Source: Enoplolaimus lenunculus
Taxonomy: Eukaryota
DNA length: 64,000 nt
Reading direction: 5' to 3'
Assembly (NCBI GenBank): GCA_030248215.1
Contig: JASANG010001402.1
Span: 1-64,000 of the forward strand
The notes under the pieces were generated by a model. It saw nothing but the letters and a program-made list of their open reading frames with translations. It was not told the DNA's origin and did no database searches. This document shows positions 26,205-39,780 of the stretch, one piece after another (the stretch's first letter is position 1; each line of letters begins with the position of its first letter). Made by a program: the position numbers and the translations under genes.

Positions 26205-29200
26205 TAATTAATTCGTTTGAAAAACTCGCAATATTTTTCTTTATGCTTCTCCTACGAAGATGCAGCATGGTGTACAATTATTTTTCAAACTGTGGTGCTA
26301 AGCGTCTCAGGTAGCGCAAGAAAACGTTTCATAACAATTCGATAATTATAACGTATGCTGCTGACAAGATGGCTTTAGGCATTAAGAATATTTTGTGTGA
26401 ATTTTGTAATTGATAAGGATGTCAGATGGATAAAATCATGGAGCACTTAAAATTTTAACAATTTATGGATTGGTCATTACAGAAATTGATGAACGTTACT
26501 GAAATTTCTACTGGAGCTGGTGCTCGATTTTTCGATCTTATACCGAAGCCTTGGACTAGCTATAATGTCTGTAGGTCAATTTAGATGTTTTTGTTAGCGT
26601 ATTTTAATCTTATGCTTGCATTTTATCCATTTTTATGTTTACAAATACCAACTGTGGCATTAATTCGTTGATCTTGTTTATAACATTCGTTTTGGTTCTT
26701 TGATATTTAAGTAAAATATTAATTTATAATGATTTAATATTTTCGGGAGCGCTGTTGCGGGCAGCTTTTGTAAACTGATTCGTTGGATACCAGGGTGTGA
26801 CCGGATATCCGTTTGCGGTAAAAGTCGATGTCAATTTCCTTTATAGAAATATCAGAAATTCTGTTATGTTTATATTGAAAATCAGTTATAAATCACGTAT
26901 AATATAATTGGCACTTCGTCACAGATATGCTACAATTGCTTGAAATAAAAATTACAAAATTTGTCGAATATGTTAAAACATTCGATGCGTCCTCCATTTT
27001 TTCTGTACTATTTAAACAACCGGTAAATATATGCACGCCTCAACTGGGTTGGCAGAAAAATAAATATTTTTAAAACTTCCGTTTACGCCCTTTTGGATAC
27101 CCATGTTTTAATATCAAACGCCTGTACTAAAATGTGTTATGCAATTTGAACGATATATTAAATTTGTTTACGCAACAAAGAATTTGAAATGAATTTGAGC
27201 GTTTGTTTCCCCGGAGATGTCATAGATTGCTGTTTCCAAAAATATTTAATTTTGGTATTCAAAATGTACGATATTGGTTTTGAGTTTGACTTTCAGTACC
27301 CCCACATTTACGCTTCGGCCTATTTTACCTATGTATTAAACGACCTAAGGTTAAAAAACGTTCGTGAAAATGTTCACTCGTTGGTAACCACAATTTTTCT
27401 CACACACAACAACATCACAACAAATTCTGGTGGAATGTCTTAGCATCGGCAACAGGGTGCTGGAGGTCAACAAAACTTGCCGAAGGTGAGACGAATTAGG
27501 TAGGTAGTTCTAATGAATAGAGGGCACCGGATATCCGTCAGTGTCATATTGAAAACAAGTTTATTTTTAAGCAAAAGTAATTAAAAAATTAACAGCAAAT
27601 TAGATGCGCTAAACTAGTCATCCAACGCAAAAAATGACACAATTCAACTCAGCGCGTCGCCTTTAATACACAGTAATATACATGAAAAAATATAGATTTC
27701 TGAACTGTGGAAAATACATTTTAGGTTCTGTAGTAGGCCATATAAAGAACACAAAAAACGAAAAGTATATATTCAAGTCTTAAAAAGATTCAAATTTTAT
27801 TGTAATCATCATAGGAGGTTATGAGTTGCCAAATCGGCATAATGTTCCGATATATTAAGACTAGAGCGGGTCCTGAAGACTTGGACCAATATTGCTTTTG
27901 ACAATGTAACAACCAAATCATATTCCTAAGTTTAAGCCTCTAACGAAATAAACACAAGTATAAAACAATGATTAAGTCTAAGCCAAACAAAAAGATTAAT
28001 GTAAAATTTAAGCCTGCTCTATTGCCGTCTATGAAAAATAAGGCACTTGTTTAAAATGCTAAGTTCAACTATGTAGCTTACAATTTTCTGCTCTCAAAAA
28101 GTTCTGTTAAAAATTATAAGGTGCCTATCTTACAATTTTCCCCATTCAGAAATTTTTTTGGTGAAAAATTGTGTTTCGAAACATTTACCAGCCCGGCTCC
28201 GTCAGAAATTTCTGGACCCGCCGCTGGAAGCGATGCATCCCTTAAAAAGTAATATGGTCTGGTCCTGGTGTATGTACGATTTAGCGTAAGTATATTTCCA
28301 TTTGGTTCTTTCTTCGAACGTAAAACAAAACATGTATATATCGTTCGAGGTAAAGGGTGGCACTCGATAGAACTCTGTTGCAGTAACTCAACTCAGTTTC
28401 AGGTGGCCAACGCAAGTAATTATTAGTCAGTAGCAATCTTTTAAACCGGATACCAGGACTATCGTAGCAGTTATGTAATAAATATTTTTAAAATTGTATA
28501 TTTTACGCTAATAACAATCAGCTTGTAGGTCAGGCGTTACTTCCCGAAAAGCAACAAGCTAAAACAAGTGCTTAAGAAACGAAAATTGAGGTTCGAAACC
28601 CAACCAAAACGCAAATTTGAGTTTCTAATATCCGAAATAGAAAATATATATCCGGCAAGAATTGCTGGATATCCGGATGTAAAAATATTCGATGCCCATC
28701 ACTATTTAATTGATGATTAATTTGTTAATTTTAGCCAATATGTGTAATGTGTTGTTAAATCGTTTGGTTTTACGCTTATTGTTTTTACGAAATTTCGAAA
28801 ATTCTTTCCTTCAAAATTGTGCCGCAAGATAAAACGAAACGCGCAAAAACAGATAGACTTTGTAAAACTGCAAAATTTCACTACCGAAGTTGCCGAAGAC
28901 TTTGTAAAACTGCGAAATTTCACTACCTAAATTGCCGGAACTTCTGGCAAAAATTCTACCGAAGCGGAAGTCCATTTTCTGCCCAATCCAGAGTCAAATC
29001 TCCGGTTGTACCCTGATATGCGCTATTATCAAAATGCTTTGAAAAATATTTATGGCATATTCATTGGACACCGGTGGACAACGTTGCTCATTAATGGTTT
29101 TTTTGAACTGTTGAAAATTTTCGAACATATTGTCTGTGGTGAATCATGTAATAATAGCCGTTGTCGAGAACGTAGTCTTAATGCGAGGGAAGCGTACAAG

Positions 29201-29790
29201 TGTCAGCAAAGTTTTGCATGTGCCGGAATGTTTTCATAATTTGCCACTGTAGTAGAATTTAAAGCGTTAGTGATACCATGCTATTTCCACGAAATAATTA
29301 GCAAACGTGTAGTAAACCAAGCCAAATTGATAATGCCAACAAATACGGACAGCAATGGATCTGCAAGCATGAGGCAAAGTCGTGTTGAATTTCGGATCGT
29401 TCCGCTTCCAAAGTAAGTCTTGCGCATTAAGACAAAATCTTGAATTTTGTAAAAAAAGAAATGGAGTACGAATTTGAATACTTGGAATCGTTCGAGTTGC
29501 CATGAGTCGGTAAGGTTTTACGTAATTAGATTAAAGGTTTGTTTTCGGGTTTTCGTCGTAACTTAATAAATTTTTGTTGTATATAGATGCCGTTTTTATG
29601 TAAATTTGCATAAATAAAATTCTTCCGTTTTTAGCATCTGACAGTTAAAGGTGTGACGAGAAATCAGCCTCTGCGTGTGGAGATATTTGCGAAAACTCGG
29701 TATCTGGGTTTGGTAATTTTTCGCATCCACGTTCGGTAGTGAAGTACTCTTTCTCCTATAAATATTGCGACAATTATTACAAATGTATAA

Positions 29791-32776
29791 ATGTATTGTT
29801 TTAGACTAGAAAGTCTGGGCTATTTTTCAATATTCGTCGGTCACGTGGTGTATAGTTTGTATGCAGTTTGGCGTGCGAGTGTTCGTTACAAACATCAAAT
29901 TTACAGTGGCTTTTTTGAACCTGGCTGGCAGATATTGGGCTCACCGCGGAAAGATGTTAGCAACTACGAATGGTAGGTATGTCGTAGGCCAATCTGCTAT
30001 TCAGACCAATTACTAATTTGCCTAGGTCAACCTGTTAATTTGCGCAATAGCAGTTTCGGACTAGGCTGAACTGCTATTAAATTTGTAGACGAATCAGATT
30101 TGATTATTTGGACAGACGCAGTGCCGTTAACCAATCAGAGTTTGTTTTACAACACTGTTGTTTTGCTTCAATTTACAATCGCTATTTGACTTAGGCCAAT
30201 CTGCTATTTGGTGAGAATAGCAGATTGGCCTAGGCCAATTGGTAACTGGCATAAATAACAGATTGGCCTACGACAAGTATATTATCCTAATTTTTGAAAT
30301 AGTTCACAAGACTAAATATTTAAATTATATTTTTATTTTCTGTTTATTTTAAATTGTTTGAGTTCGTCTAATGGTTTCATTTACGTAATTTTACTCGTTT
30401 TCGTAACTATATTTGGTCAAAAGGTTTTTTCATTCAAAATTTGATGGTGAAACATCGATGACTTGAATTTTTGGAAATAGTAGGCGTGCCGCTTCGGTAA
30501 AATAGTTACATACAGTTTGTAAGCGAATTTTTGGAACGAGTTCGCGAGTAAGGTCTGACTCGATTTCACAATTATGTTTTTGTTTTGTTGAGTTTCAGGT
30601 ATGTCTGGTCAAACCTTGTGATACGATACCTGCCATGGTACATAGGACACGTATTCATGTTTAACGTATTGCCGCAATATTTGTCGCCTTCAAAACACAA
30701 GAGCTTAATGCTTGGATATTGGAGTGTTGCGCTTGTTTCCATTTATTCGTGGTGGATAATCGCAGGAACAATAGTGTTCGCCGTTGTGATGATTGCATTT
30801 TCGCAGTTTATGTTGTGGTATTTTGTGAGTTTTACTTAGATTCGATTGTCATTTGACGTTCAATTGAGCATGGATTATATTTACAGCATATAAGATCACC
30901 CGACTGAGATTATACGACGAGACTGGCGTCAACCAAGGAAAATTTTATGATTACTAACGGAAATCGTCTGTAAATTAGTCAAAATAACGATTTAATTTAT
31001 GGATGTATTTGGAATGCACTAAACAGCGGAAGGCTATACCTCGGCCCATGTCAAGATCAGGGGCGAAACGAGTTTCTGTGGCACTAGAATAGAGTAAGTT
31101 TAAGCTTTGGGATAAATTTTTGCTTGCCTTAGGCTTAGGTTTAAGCTTAAGCTTAAGACTATGCTCATACTTACGCTTAGGCTTAGGCTTACGCTTAAGT
31201 ATAATACTGTTCCGCCCCTGTTCTTTACATTGGCCGAAACCTCTGACATTCGTTATGTCCAGGTGTAGTTTTTTGTTTAACATGCACTGTCTATTTATAA
31301 TATATACCTTTTTACATCAACTTGTTTTTAATGTTGTGGTTAATTTTGCGTTAGAACAAGTGACATAGTTTTGATATTGTTTTGAGTGGTTGATGCAAAG
31401 TTTTCACTAGGATGTGACCGGATGTCCAGGCGCTGGCAAAAATCGACTCGCATTCCAGGCACTTTCTGGTATCATGACGCACTTGCTGTTATGTATTTTT
31501 CGGCATTTTTTGATATTAAACGTTTTTTCAGATATGGCTGGTCGCTGTTGCGTTACTGTTTGCAATGGGATTGATTGCACATTGGTACTTGCCAACAACG
31601 TCGCAGCCGGAAACGGTGTACGAAATAGAAGTATTTTTCGCGTACAAATTGTTACACTTAATCAGTTACACAATGTATGATGTTCAGTGCAATGCGATGG
31701 TACGTTCTGATTCTAATGTGATAGAACAAACTGCAGGAACGTCAAAATTCTACAAACGCAATGGGATTTGGTCAGATACCAAGATAGATCATCTGCGTGC
31801 TAGGCAACAATTTTCGAAATCGTTTGTGGCGAAGTTGTACGATGCGCTGTATTATTCGTTCTATCTACCGTATACAATTTCCATTATAGTGCTTTATCCG
31901 AATTTTTTGGATCAATTATGTGAACGAGATAAATGTAATACTGTGAAATGGAATTATTTGGCGAAACTTGCGGTTCGTATAGCGTTTTGGTGGATAATCG
32001 CTGATTTAGTGCTGAACTTCGCGTACTTTAATGCTATTTTGCTTGATCGTGATATTTTGGAAGCGACTGATTTATCGACTCTTGCGTCAATTGGGTATAT
32101 TTGTGGCCAGTATTTTCATATTAAATATATGGTTATGTTTGGGGTTTGCCAGGTATTTGCGTACGCTGATTGTATGCGACCGCCACCGCTTCCGATTTGC
32201 ATTTCACGGGTTGCGTTGTATAGCAATATTTGGCGATATTTTGATTGTGGGATTTATCGATTTATGCGCGATATGATATTTATTCCAATTGCGGCGCCTC
32301 GATTTTGGTTTCCACGACGCATTTTGGCGACTGCTGCGTGTTTTTTGTTTATTTGGATTTGGCATACACCGACTTGGTTTTATTTTGTTTGGATTGTAAT
32401 GAATTTTGTTGAAGTTTGTCTTGAAAATGGTGCAAAGACGATATGGGTAGAATGCTCTGAGTTACGGGTAACAGTTGAGTCTAGATTGAGCCCGATATGG
32501 ATCAGGCGTGTGCTTGCTGTGTTGCAAGTGCCTTGTATTGCGTTAGGAGTGCTAGGGATTCAGTATTTTTTGGGAACCGAAGATGCTGGTAACGTTTTTG
32601 TTCGCCGGTTGATTTGGGAAAATGTTTGGCCGATGCCGAATGTGAAACTTGCGTGGTTGTTAGCGTTAGGATACGTGTACGCTAATGTTTGTATGGATAT
32701 TCAACAATGGGAAGGAAGGAGAAAAGAATGTCAACAATTGGAAGGCTGGAGCAAAGAATGTGAGCGAGAACAGTAG
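29791..32776 (+). CDS. HHAT: Protein-cysteine N-palmitoyltransferase HHAT/Rasp-like MBOAT, about 550 aa, 3 exons
   Basis: Exons 29791-29972, 30599-30824 and 31532-32776 splice in frame. Motifs include KDVSNYEW, GQYFHIKYMVMFG, PPPLPICISRV, WRYFDCG and FIWIWH (MBOAT catalytic His), plus many hydrophobic helices. The start codon is uncertain. Confidence 0.88.
29980..30275. mobile_element. TGT...ACA-terminal MITE with internal TAGGCCAATCTGCTATT subrepeats
   Basis: TIRs TGTCGTAGGCCAATCTGCTATT / AATAACAGATTGGCCTACGACA, flanks GGTA/AGTA. Confidence 0.75.
31043..31235 (-). mobile_element. TTAGGC-carrying GGCC-terminal MITE
   Basis: GGCCCATGT...ACATTGGCC TIRs, internal TTAGGCTTAGG, degenerate TSD TATACCTC/GAAACCTC. 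Confidence 0.8.
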
Positions 32777-33369
32777 GTTTGAAATGGAATGTGATACTGT
32801 ATAACAGGGTGCAACCGTAGGTCAAAAATACCGGAGCCGGACGTCAACAAAACTTGGCTGAGCCGGAGGTGATGCGAAATTACGTAGTTAAGATGATGTT
32901 TATTTTGTTAATTTTAGCAAATATCAGTAACCAAAAGTAAAAACGAAACATGCAAACAGACAAATTTTGTAAAAAATGCAAAATTTCACTACGGAAATTG
33001 TCGGAACTTCTGCAAAAATTCTACCGGTGCCGAAGGTCGATTTTCTGCCGGGACCGGAGCCAGACCTCCGGTTGATTAAAGAATAGCTAAATTAAAGCAT
33101 GTAAATGAGACTAAGGGTATTCTGAGCAAAAAAAGACCCGCGAAAAAATGGTTCGCCTCTCAAAGTAAAATGGACCGTGAATGTTATTCCAAAAATATCT
33201 TTTCTGCATAATCTCGTCAGTTTTGATTCGATCAATGTTGCCTCGATTGTCAAAAACTCCTGCATAATCTTGGGTTCAGATTATCTCACGAAAACGTACT
33301 GTTTTAATGGATACTGTCAACTGGTTATTTTTGTTAACTTGAAACTTTGCATACCGAGATAGTATATAT

Positions 33370-33738
33370 CGGAATGCAATCGGAGGTTAAAAACACCGGA
33401 GCCGGAGCAGAAGCCGGAGGTCAACGAAACTTGCCGGAGCCGGAGGTGAGGCGAAACTAGGTAGTAAAATTGATGTTTGATTAGCTAGCCAATATCTGCA
33501 ATATATATGTTGTTAAGTTGTTTGGTGTTACGCCAATTTTCTGCGAAATTTCGTACTCTTTCATAAAAATTGTGACAGAAGTAAAACGAAACGCGCTACA
33601 CCGATAAATTTTGCAAAATATGCAAAATTTTACTTCCGAAATTGCCAGAACCTCAGGCAAAAATACTACCGGAGCCGGAGCCAGAAGCCGATTTTCTGCC
33701 GGAGCTGGAGCCGGAGTCAGACCTCCGGTTGTTCCCTG
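33370..33738. mobile_element. CAGGG/CCGGAG-rich hAT-like MITE
   Basis: Degenerate TIRs with a perfect 8-bp TSD GTATATAT. Relatives at about 28700-29015, 32805-33074, 36726-36865 and 37726-38092 (TSD ACATTTAT/ACATTTAC). Confidence 0.8.
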
Positions 33739-34782
33739 GTATATATAGTTTTCTTTTTGATGCATTTACTACTACCTATTCGTTCGGGGTTTTTGTTTCT
33801 TTGATATATAAAATTGAAAACGTCATTTATATTATTTGTCGTCTATTACGAGTGTAGAAAAGCATTAATAATGCTGGTGTAAATTTTCTGAGCGAAAAAC
33901 ACGATGGTGTAAGTTTTCGGTGGGGAAAATCTCGACAAGAGAAAACTGGGTTTATTATCAGACGCCAAACAAATGACCGCCTGGACGAAAGACCGCTTGG
34001 AGAATAGGCCGCCTGAACAAAAGATCGTCCGGACAAAAGTCCATCAGGACAAAAAAACGTCTGGAGTCCAGACAAAAGGCCGTCCATACAAAATCATCCA
34101 ACGTGTGGACAAAACGTTGCACATCCAGGGCGGAAACTAATGACCCAAAGTGCAGCGCAGCCACTCCTCCATGACGGTTATAGAAATTCCGCTGGTTCGG
34201 TAGAAAAAATCACATGCATATTAAGCTTGGCTTTGGGAACTGGAAAAGTGGAATATTTAATTCTATATAATCCTTGGTTTGGTAGGAAAAATCAGAAGTG
34301 TAAAAGTTTTTTGGAAAACGGTATAAGTGTAAAATTTAAACGCCTAGATTCCCAAGATTCCTCTTTATAGATTTACTGTATTTAAATTGTTGCAGCAGTT
34401 GTGACCTAAGCGAAATGTTACCGAAAACGCATATGCGTCTTTAACCGTAAATACACGACATAGGGTTTATTTTACACTTTTCCCGTTTTGCGAACCTGGC
34501 CTACAGCTACACTTTTATTCGATACCGATCCATACATTGGCCGCTTTTGGTTACAATAAAAAACTAAAAATGCTCTCTATGAGTTTGTATGGTTTATGTT
34601 GCTGATTCAAATCGCTCTGCCTCCATTAGAGAGTCTTTGTTTGAAAGCCCATGGCTATAACAGCCCATGTTACGATAAAGGCCGTTCCATTGTCCCGGTA
34701 CAGCACTATACCGGGAGTGCAAACATATATGACTCCTGTTATGTACAGCCAAATATAAATCCGAACGGTTTTTTGTCGCTTT

Positions 34783-35275
34783 TGTCCATGCGGCCTTCTA
34801 TCCAGGCGGCGTTCTATCCAGGAGGCGTTCTATCCAGGCGGCCTTCTATCCAGGCGGCCTTCTATCCAGGCGGCGTTCTATCCAGGCGGCGTTCTATCCA
34901 GGCGGCGTTCTATCCAGGCGGCGTTCTATCCAGGCGGCCTTCTATCCAGGCGGCGTTCTATCCAGGCGGCGTTCATCCAGGCGGCGTTCTATCCAGGCGG
35001 CGTTCTATCCAGGCGGCGTTCTATCCAGGCGGCGTTCTATCCAGGCGGCGTTCATCCAGGCGGCGTTCATCCAGGCGGCGTTCTATCCAGGCGGCGTTCT
35101 ATCCAGGCGGCGTTCATCCAGGCGGCGTTCTATCCAGGCGGCGTTCATCCAGGCGGCCTTCTATCCAGGCGGCCTTCTATCCAGGCGGCCGTTTGTCCAG
35201 GCGGCCTTCTGTCCAAATGACATTTTGTCCAGGCGATCTGTTCTCCGGACGGTTTTTTGTCCAAGCGGTATTTTG
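34783..35275 (+). repeat. 16-bp minisatellite (CCAGGCGGCGTTCTAT)n, roughly 30 units
   Basis: Directly visible. There are 15-bp GTTCAT and CCTTCTAT variants, a homogeneous core and degenerate edges. Confidence 0.95.
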
Positions 35276-35780
35276 TTATTGTCAGAACCTCCTACAAGAA
35301 TTCTGCCGAAGCAGGACTAAGCCCTCCAGTTGTAACCCTGATTGATTAGCATTATATTTCAATCATGTACCCGTTTTTATTAATAAAAATAAATACAAAA
35401 TACACTGTATATTAAATTTCATTCAGCGTCCTAACTCACTCTCAATTATAGTTTTGACAGCTACATTTGTTAAAACTTTTTCATATATCTTGACAGGAAG
35501 ACATATGAATATGGTATTAAACATTCATAAGCATAGTAGAGTTCGTTAGCTTATAAGTTGAAACTGTGGGTTAAACTTTTCGTGTTGCACCATATATTCT
35601 CGCGGGCCGCCAGCAAATACATTTTGCCTATATTTTTGTTAGCAACACATTGCGACGGCTTCCGTAGCTCGGTGGTGTCGGGCACTGTACGACAACCTTA
35701 ATCAAAGGTTCTATAATACTTAGTATATTTACATACTAAGACGAAACGTTTATAAGTACGGGAATAACAAAAATAAACAT

Positions 35781-37553
35781 TTACGTCGTCGGAGTGGCAG
35801 ACGGATGTTTCGTCAATTTTTTGGACTTTTGTTGAGACATACATTCTTCAAGTGCTTTAACTTCGGTTTGACATAACCGCCAGTCACGCTTTTCTGACAT
35901 ACATTTCTGTAAACAAAATGATACCGTTTCAGAAAACGGTCTTTCAAAAGCATAATTTGTGCGGCCCATGTATAGAATACGGCCGGAACAGTAGTATATA
36001 TAAGCCTAAGCCTAAGTGTAAGAATGAGAATATTCCTAAGCCTAAGCCTAAGCAAAAAAGTCAGTCTAAAGCTTAAACTGACTCTATTACAGCCCCGCCG
36101 GAAAACGATGCGGCCCTGTTCTATACATGGGCCATTTGTGCAATAACTGCCGCACACCGAGTCTACAAAATATGCACTGTAGTGACTCGAATAAGAGGGG
36201 GGTAATAAGAGGGGTGGGTCCCCATTATAAGTTCCAACCAATAGGAGTCCGTATCCATAATAAGAGTCTGTAAGCGGATAGAGTCCCTAAACCGCAATTA
36301 GAGTCCATAAATGTCAATTATCCTTAATTGTAGCGCATAAATGACTCCGGAACAAAATAAATTTGAGTTCGAAACTTTCAAACGTGCTGTTTAATTCAAC
36401 GGATAGTTGCAATACCGAATATATATCAGTAACGAAGGGCGGCGGAGGATGGGTTAAAAATAAGTGACAGTCCGTAACCGAATAAGAAGGGGTACCTTCT
36501 GGAGAGGGCCAAATAAATATCAGTCCCCCTCATAATCGGGTCACTAAAGTAAGTATGTTTTTGATTTTGTTCTGTGTAAAATAAGTTTTATTGTTTTAAA
36601 GACCGCAAGTTTATTAATTTATAAATTTTCATATATAAAACTGCTGTTGAGGCACTAAAACGTAACTCTTAAAACATTGAGCGAAATCTTCGTTTAGCAT
36701 CACTCGCGAAGTCCTATTCAGCAGCAGGGTGCAACCGGAGGTGAAAAATACAGGAGCCAGAGCCGGTGGTGAGACGAAATTAGGTAGTTAAAATGATGTC
36801 TAATATGTTAATTTTAGCAGATACCTGTAATGTGTTGTTAGAATGTCAAATTTCACTACCGGAACGAGAAGCGCCCGATTATTCTCTATGTACTGTGATT
36901 GCTGACAGCATTTACAGTTCATAGTATCAAATTTTTTCAGGAAATTTATAATACTAAATTTAAGTAATTTAATGGCAAGTTCCGGAGATGATTTTGTATC
37001 TGTTGCAGATCGTAATATTTATAGCCAGGAAGCTGAACTCAAAAAAAGGGCAGCCGACTATTCAAAGCAACAAAAATTACTAGATAGGCAGATTCGAAAC
37101 TTAGAACATCAACGAAATCATCTCAATAAACTAAAGCAACAAACGCAAACACCGGTTACTGTTGATTTGGACGATGAAGTTGACTACGGGACTACCGAAG
37201 ATAATTATGATTAGCCTAAAGTTGCAGACTTAAATGGTTTGTATTAACCGCCACATATAATCTAGCAGGTCACACACATAAGATATATTCAGTACATCGA
37301 TAGGTCAAGAATATGAGTCTATTCGCGGCCCATATTAACAGCCTACCCACTGGGAAACAGGGAGACTTAGGGACTTAGACCTGCGCACTGAGATACGTCC
37401 TCCCATTTGCTATGACCACGTCACCTGCACTGCGTAATTCCTATCAGCACAGCCAGTCTTTTCCATCATTAAATCGTACGCATCTTTTTCGTCAGTTCCA
37501 TTCCCATTCGCCGCAGACGATTCGTTACCGCTGCGTTGCTTTGTTTTATCCAT
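35781..37553 (-). CDS. COA4: Cytochrome c oxidase assembly factor 4 (twin CX9C protein), 84 aa, 2 exons
   Basis: Exons 37553-37425 and 35906-35781 give MDKTK...DAYDLMMEKTGCADRNYAVQKCMSEKRDWRLCQTEVKALEECMSQQK. This has two exact CX9C motifs plus the COA4-typical KTGC and DWR.C. Confidence 0.9.
35963..36133 (+). mobile_element. TTAGGC-carrying GGCC-terminal MITE
   Basis: TIRs GGCCCATGTATAGAA.../...TTCTATACATGGGCC, perfect 8-bp TSD ATTTGTGC, internal (GCCTAA)n blocks. Confidence 0.9.
36972..37214 (+). CDS. Putative 80-aa coiled-coil protein with acidic tail, antisense inside the COA4 intron
   Basis: ATG-initiated ORF with a strong TTTTTTTCAG acceptor ending at 36940 and a candidate upstream donor AAA/GTAAGT at 36549. 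The product has a heptad-like segment and an acidic C-terminus. Confidence 0.55.
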   Translation: MASSGDDFVSVADRNIYSQEAELKKRAADYSKQQKLLDRQIRNLEHQRNHLNKLKQQTQTPVTVDLDDEVDYGTTEDNYD

Positions 37554-38824
37554 AAATAACAGTCGAATTAAAATCTAATTAAAAAATACCGCTATTGCAA
37601 CAGATAAACTGTCCAGTGATCAATAATATTATTAATTAATATCGGTAAAACGCTAATTATTGCTATGGAAATTTTATAATCACGAATGTTCAAATTACGC
37701 AATTGAGCATATACACACATTTATCAGGGTACAACCGGAGGTCTGCCTTTGCCGCTGGCAAAAATTCGACCTGTGGCTCCGGTACAATTTTTGCCGGAGG
37801 TTCTGATAATTTCGGTATAGCAAAAATTTTTTTTACACTTTTACAAAAATTGTATCATTGGTTGCGTTTGGCTACAAATTTTCGTACAATTTCGAGAACA
37901 AATGAGGTCGGAATTTCTTAAAACATAATATTAAAACCAAAATGCTTGACAACGCTTTATAGATATTTGCTAAAATTAACAAATTATTAAACATTGTTTC
38001 AACTTTAAACTACATAATTTCGCGTCAACTCCGGTTTAGGCAAGTGTTGTTGGCCCCCGGCTGCGGTATTGTTTACCTCGCACTGCACCCTGACATTTAC
38101 AAATTCTGAACCCCCTAGGAATCTAATAAAAATAGTTCATTTTCTAGATTGCCACGTGCTGAGTTCAACGGTGACATTTTTAGCGCTGCACGGTCCCGGT
38201 CGTATAGTTATGGCTCTATAAATTTTAACTTTTTACCATATGAAACATGACAAACAATAATCAAATTTGTGCGAATTATCCACGACCTATGAAATTCAAA
38301 GAACGTTTACCATTTTTTATCTCACCAACGTCACTAAAACATTTCAAGAACGCTGTTTTTGGACCGCTCTACTATTTCAATAGATCTTCCATTCAAGCAC
38401 CCCACTTATGTATTTCGATAAAACACAAGCACTCAAACGTGCAACAATAGGTTATAGCTTAATTGAACGCAAAATTCGACGATATAATAGCAAATTCTCA
38501 CTGTAAATATCCATTATTATGCTACATAGAGCCATTTATTTAATAAAAATGGGACCGAAATGCAATTGTAGTGTCTTGGTGTACCAAAACAGCCTGTTCA
38601 CAATGAATTAAAAAAATTCAGCGAGGAAAGTTTACCTATACAGATGCATTTTACACGTGCAAAAATTATGCCATAAATATAACATTATTTTGCTTTTTGC
38701 TGCAGCCTGAGGTGATAAAGTTTGCCAGTCAAACTGTTGTTCTAAACTTCTCTGCAAATTAATCACCTTAGCATTTAATATAAGAATTTGTCGGGCAAAA
38801 ATCACAGTGCTCGTTAATGCTATA

Positions 38825-39050
38825 CACCAATGTAAAGCACAGGTGCGGAACAGTATTATAAGCGTATTCCAAAGCCTAAGCCTAAGCCTATCCGTAAGAA
38901 TGAGCATATTCCTAAGCCTAAGCCTAAGTGAAAGAAGGAGCATATTCCTAAGCCTAAACCTAAGCCAAGCGACAAAATTAGTCTAAAACTTAAGCTTACT
39001 CTATTGCACTCGCACAGAAAAACGTTTCGCCCCTTATCTTTACATGGGTC
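38825..39050 (+). mobile_element. TTAGGC-carrying MITE
   Basis: Perfect 8-bp TSD ATGCTATA and three internal ATATTCCTAAGCCTAAGCCTAAG-type modules. Confidence 0.85.
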
Positions 39051-39410
39051 ATGCTATATATGAGCGCCTGAAATTGTAGGTTGTTATTTTAATATAACGA
39101 TTCCTTAGCCTTATGAATGGAACTCATGTATATAAAGATGACGGCAGTAACTGTAATAAAATGCATACCTAAGCATAAGCCTCAGTCTAAGTCAATAATT
39201 AATCTTACGCCTAAGTAAAACGTAGTCTATGGCTTAAACTCTATGCACCTCGAATAGTAGCACTTAAAATTGCGAAATTTTAAAATAAACTTCATAATTA
39301 AAAAATTTTAATATCGGAACTAAAATAACTGCATAAACCGATCGAAGTCGTTATACATAAAGTCTACTCTGTTCATACTTCATACACTGTCGGCGTTGAT
39401 CTACGGCAGG

Positions 39411-39780
39411 CAGGGTGCAACCGGAATTCCGGTTCCGGTAGGGAAATCCGGTATTTTTCACCATCCGGTTCCAGTAAAAAACCGGCATTTTTTAACCGGA
39501 ATTTTCCGGTATTGAACATTGTTCTCTTTCGGAAATATAAGAAGAATTTTCATATCATTCTAACATATTTTTCTTAAATTGTTCGAGCGTGTATTGCCAA
39601 AATTTTCAATTTGTGCCATACTATACGTTTCCAGCTACTACATTTTTTCAGGATTTTGGCATTATAAATCAGCGTTAAAAATAAATTTTTGGGTAACAAG
39701 TATTTTTTGTTTTCCTGTTCCGGCTCCGGTATTGTTTTAACTTTCCGGTTCCGGTATTTTATAATTCCGGTTGCACCCTG
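39411..39780. mobile_element. hAT-like MITE (CAGGGTGCAACCGGAATT TIR)
   Basis: Perfect 18-bp TIRs CAGGGTGCAACCGGAATT / AATTCCGGTTGCACCCTG, degenerate TSD ACGGCAGG/ACTGCAGA. Confidence 0.82.

Noticed and set aside
34596..35345. 249-aa ORF with SRRPSIQAAFYPGGVL repeats
   Set aside because: Translation of the 16-bp minisatellite, with no splice or domain support.
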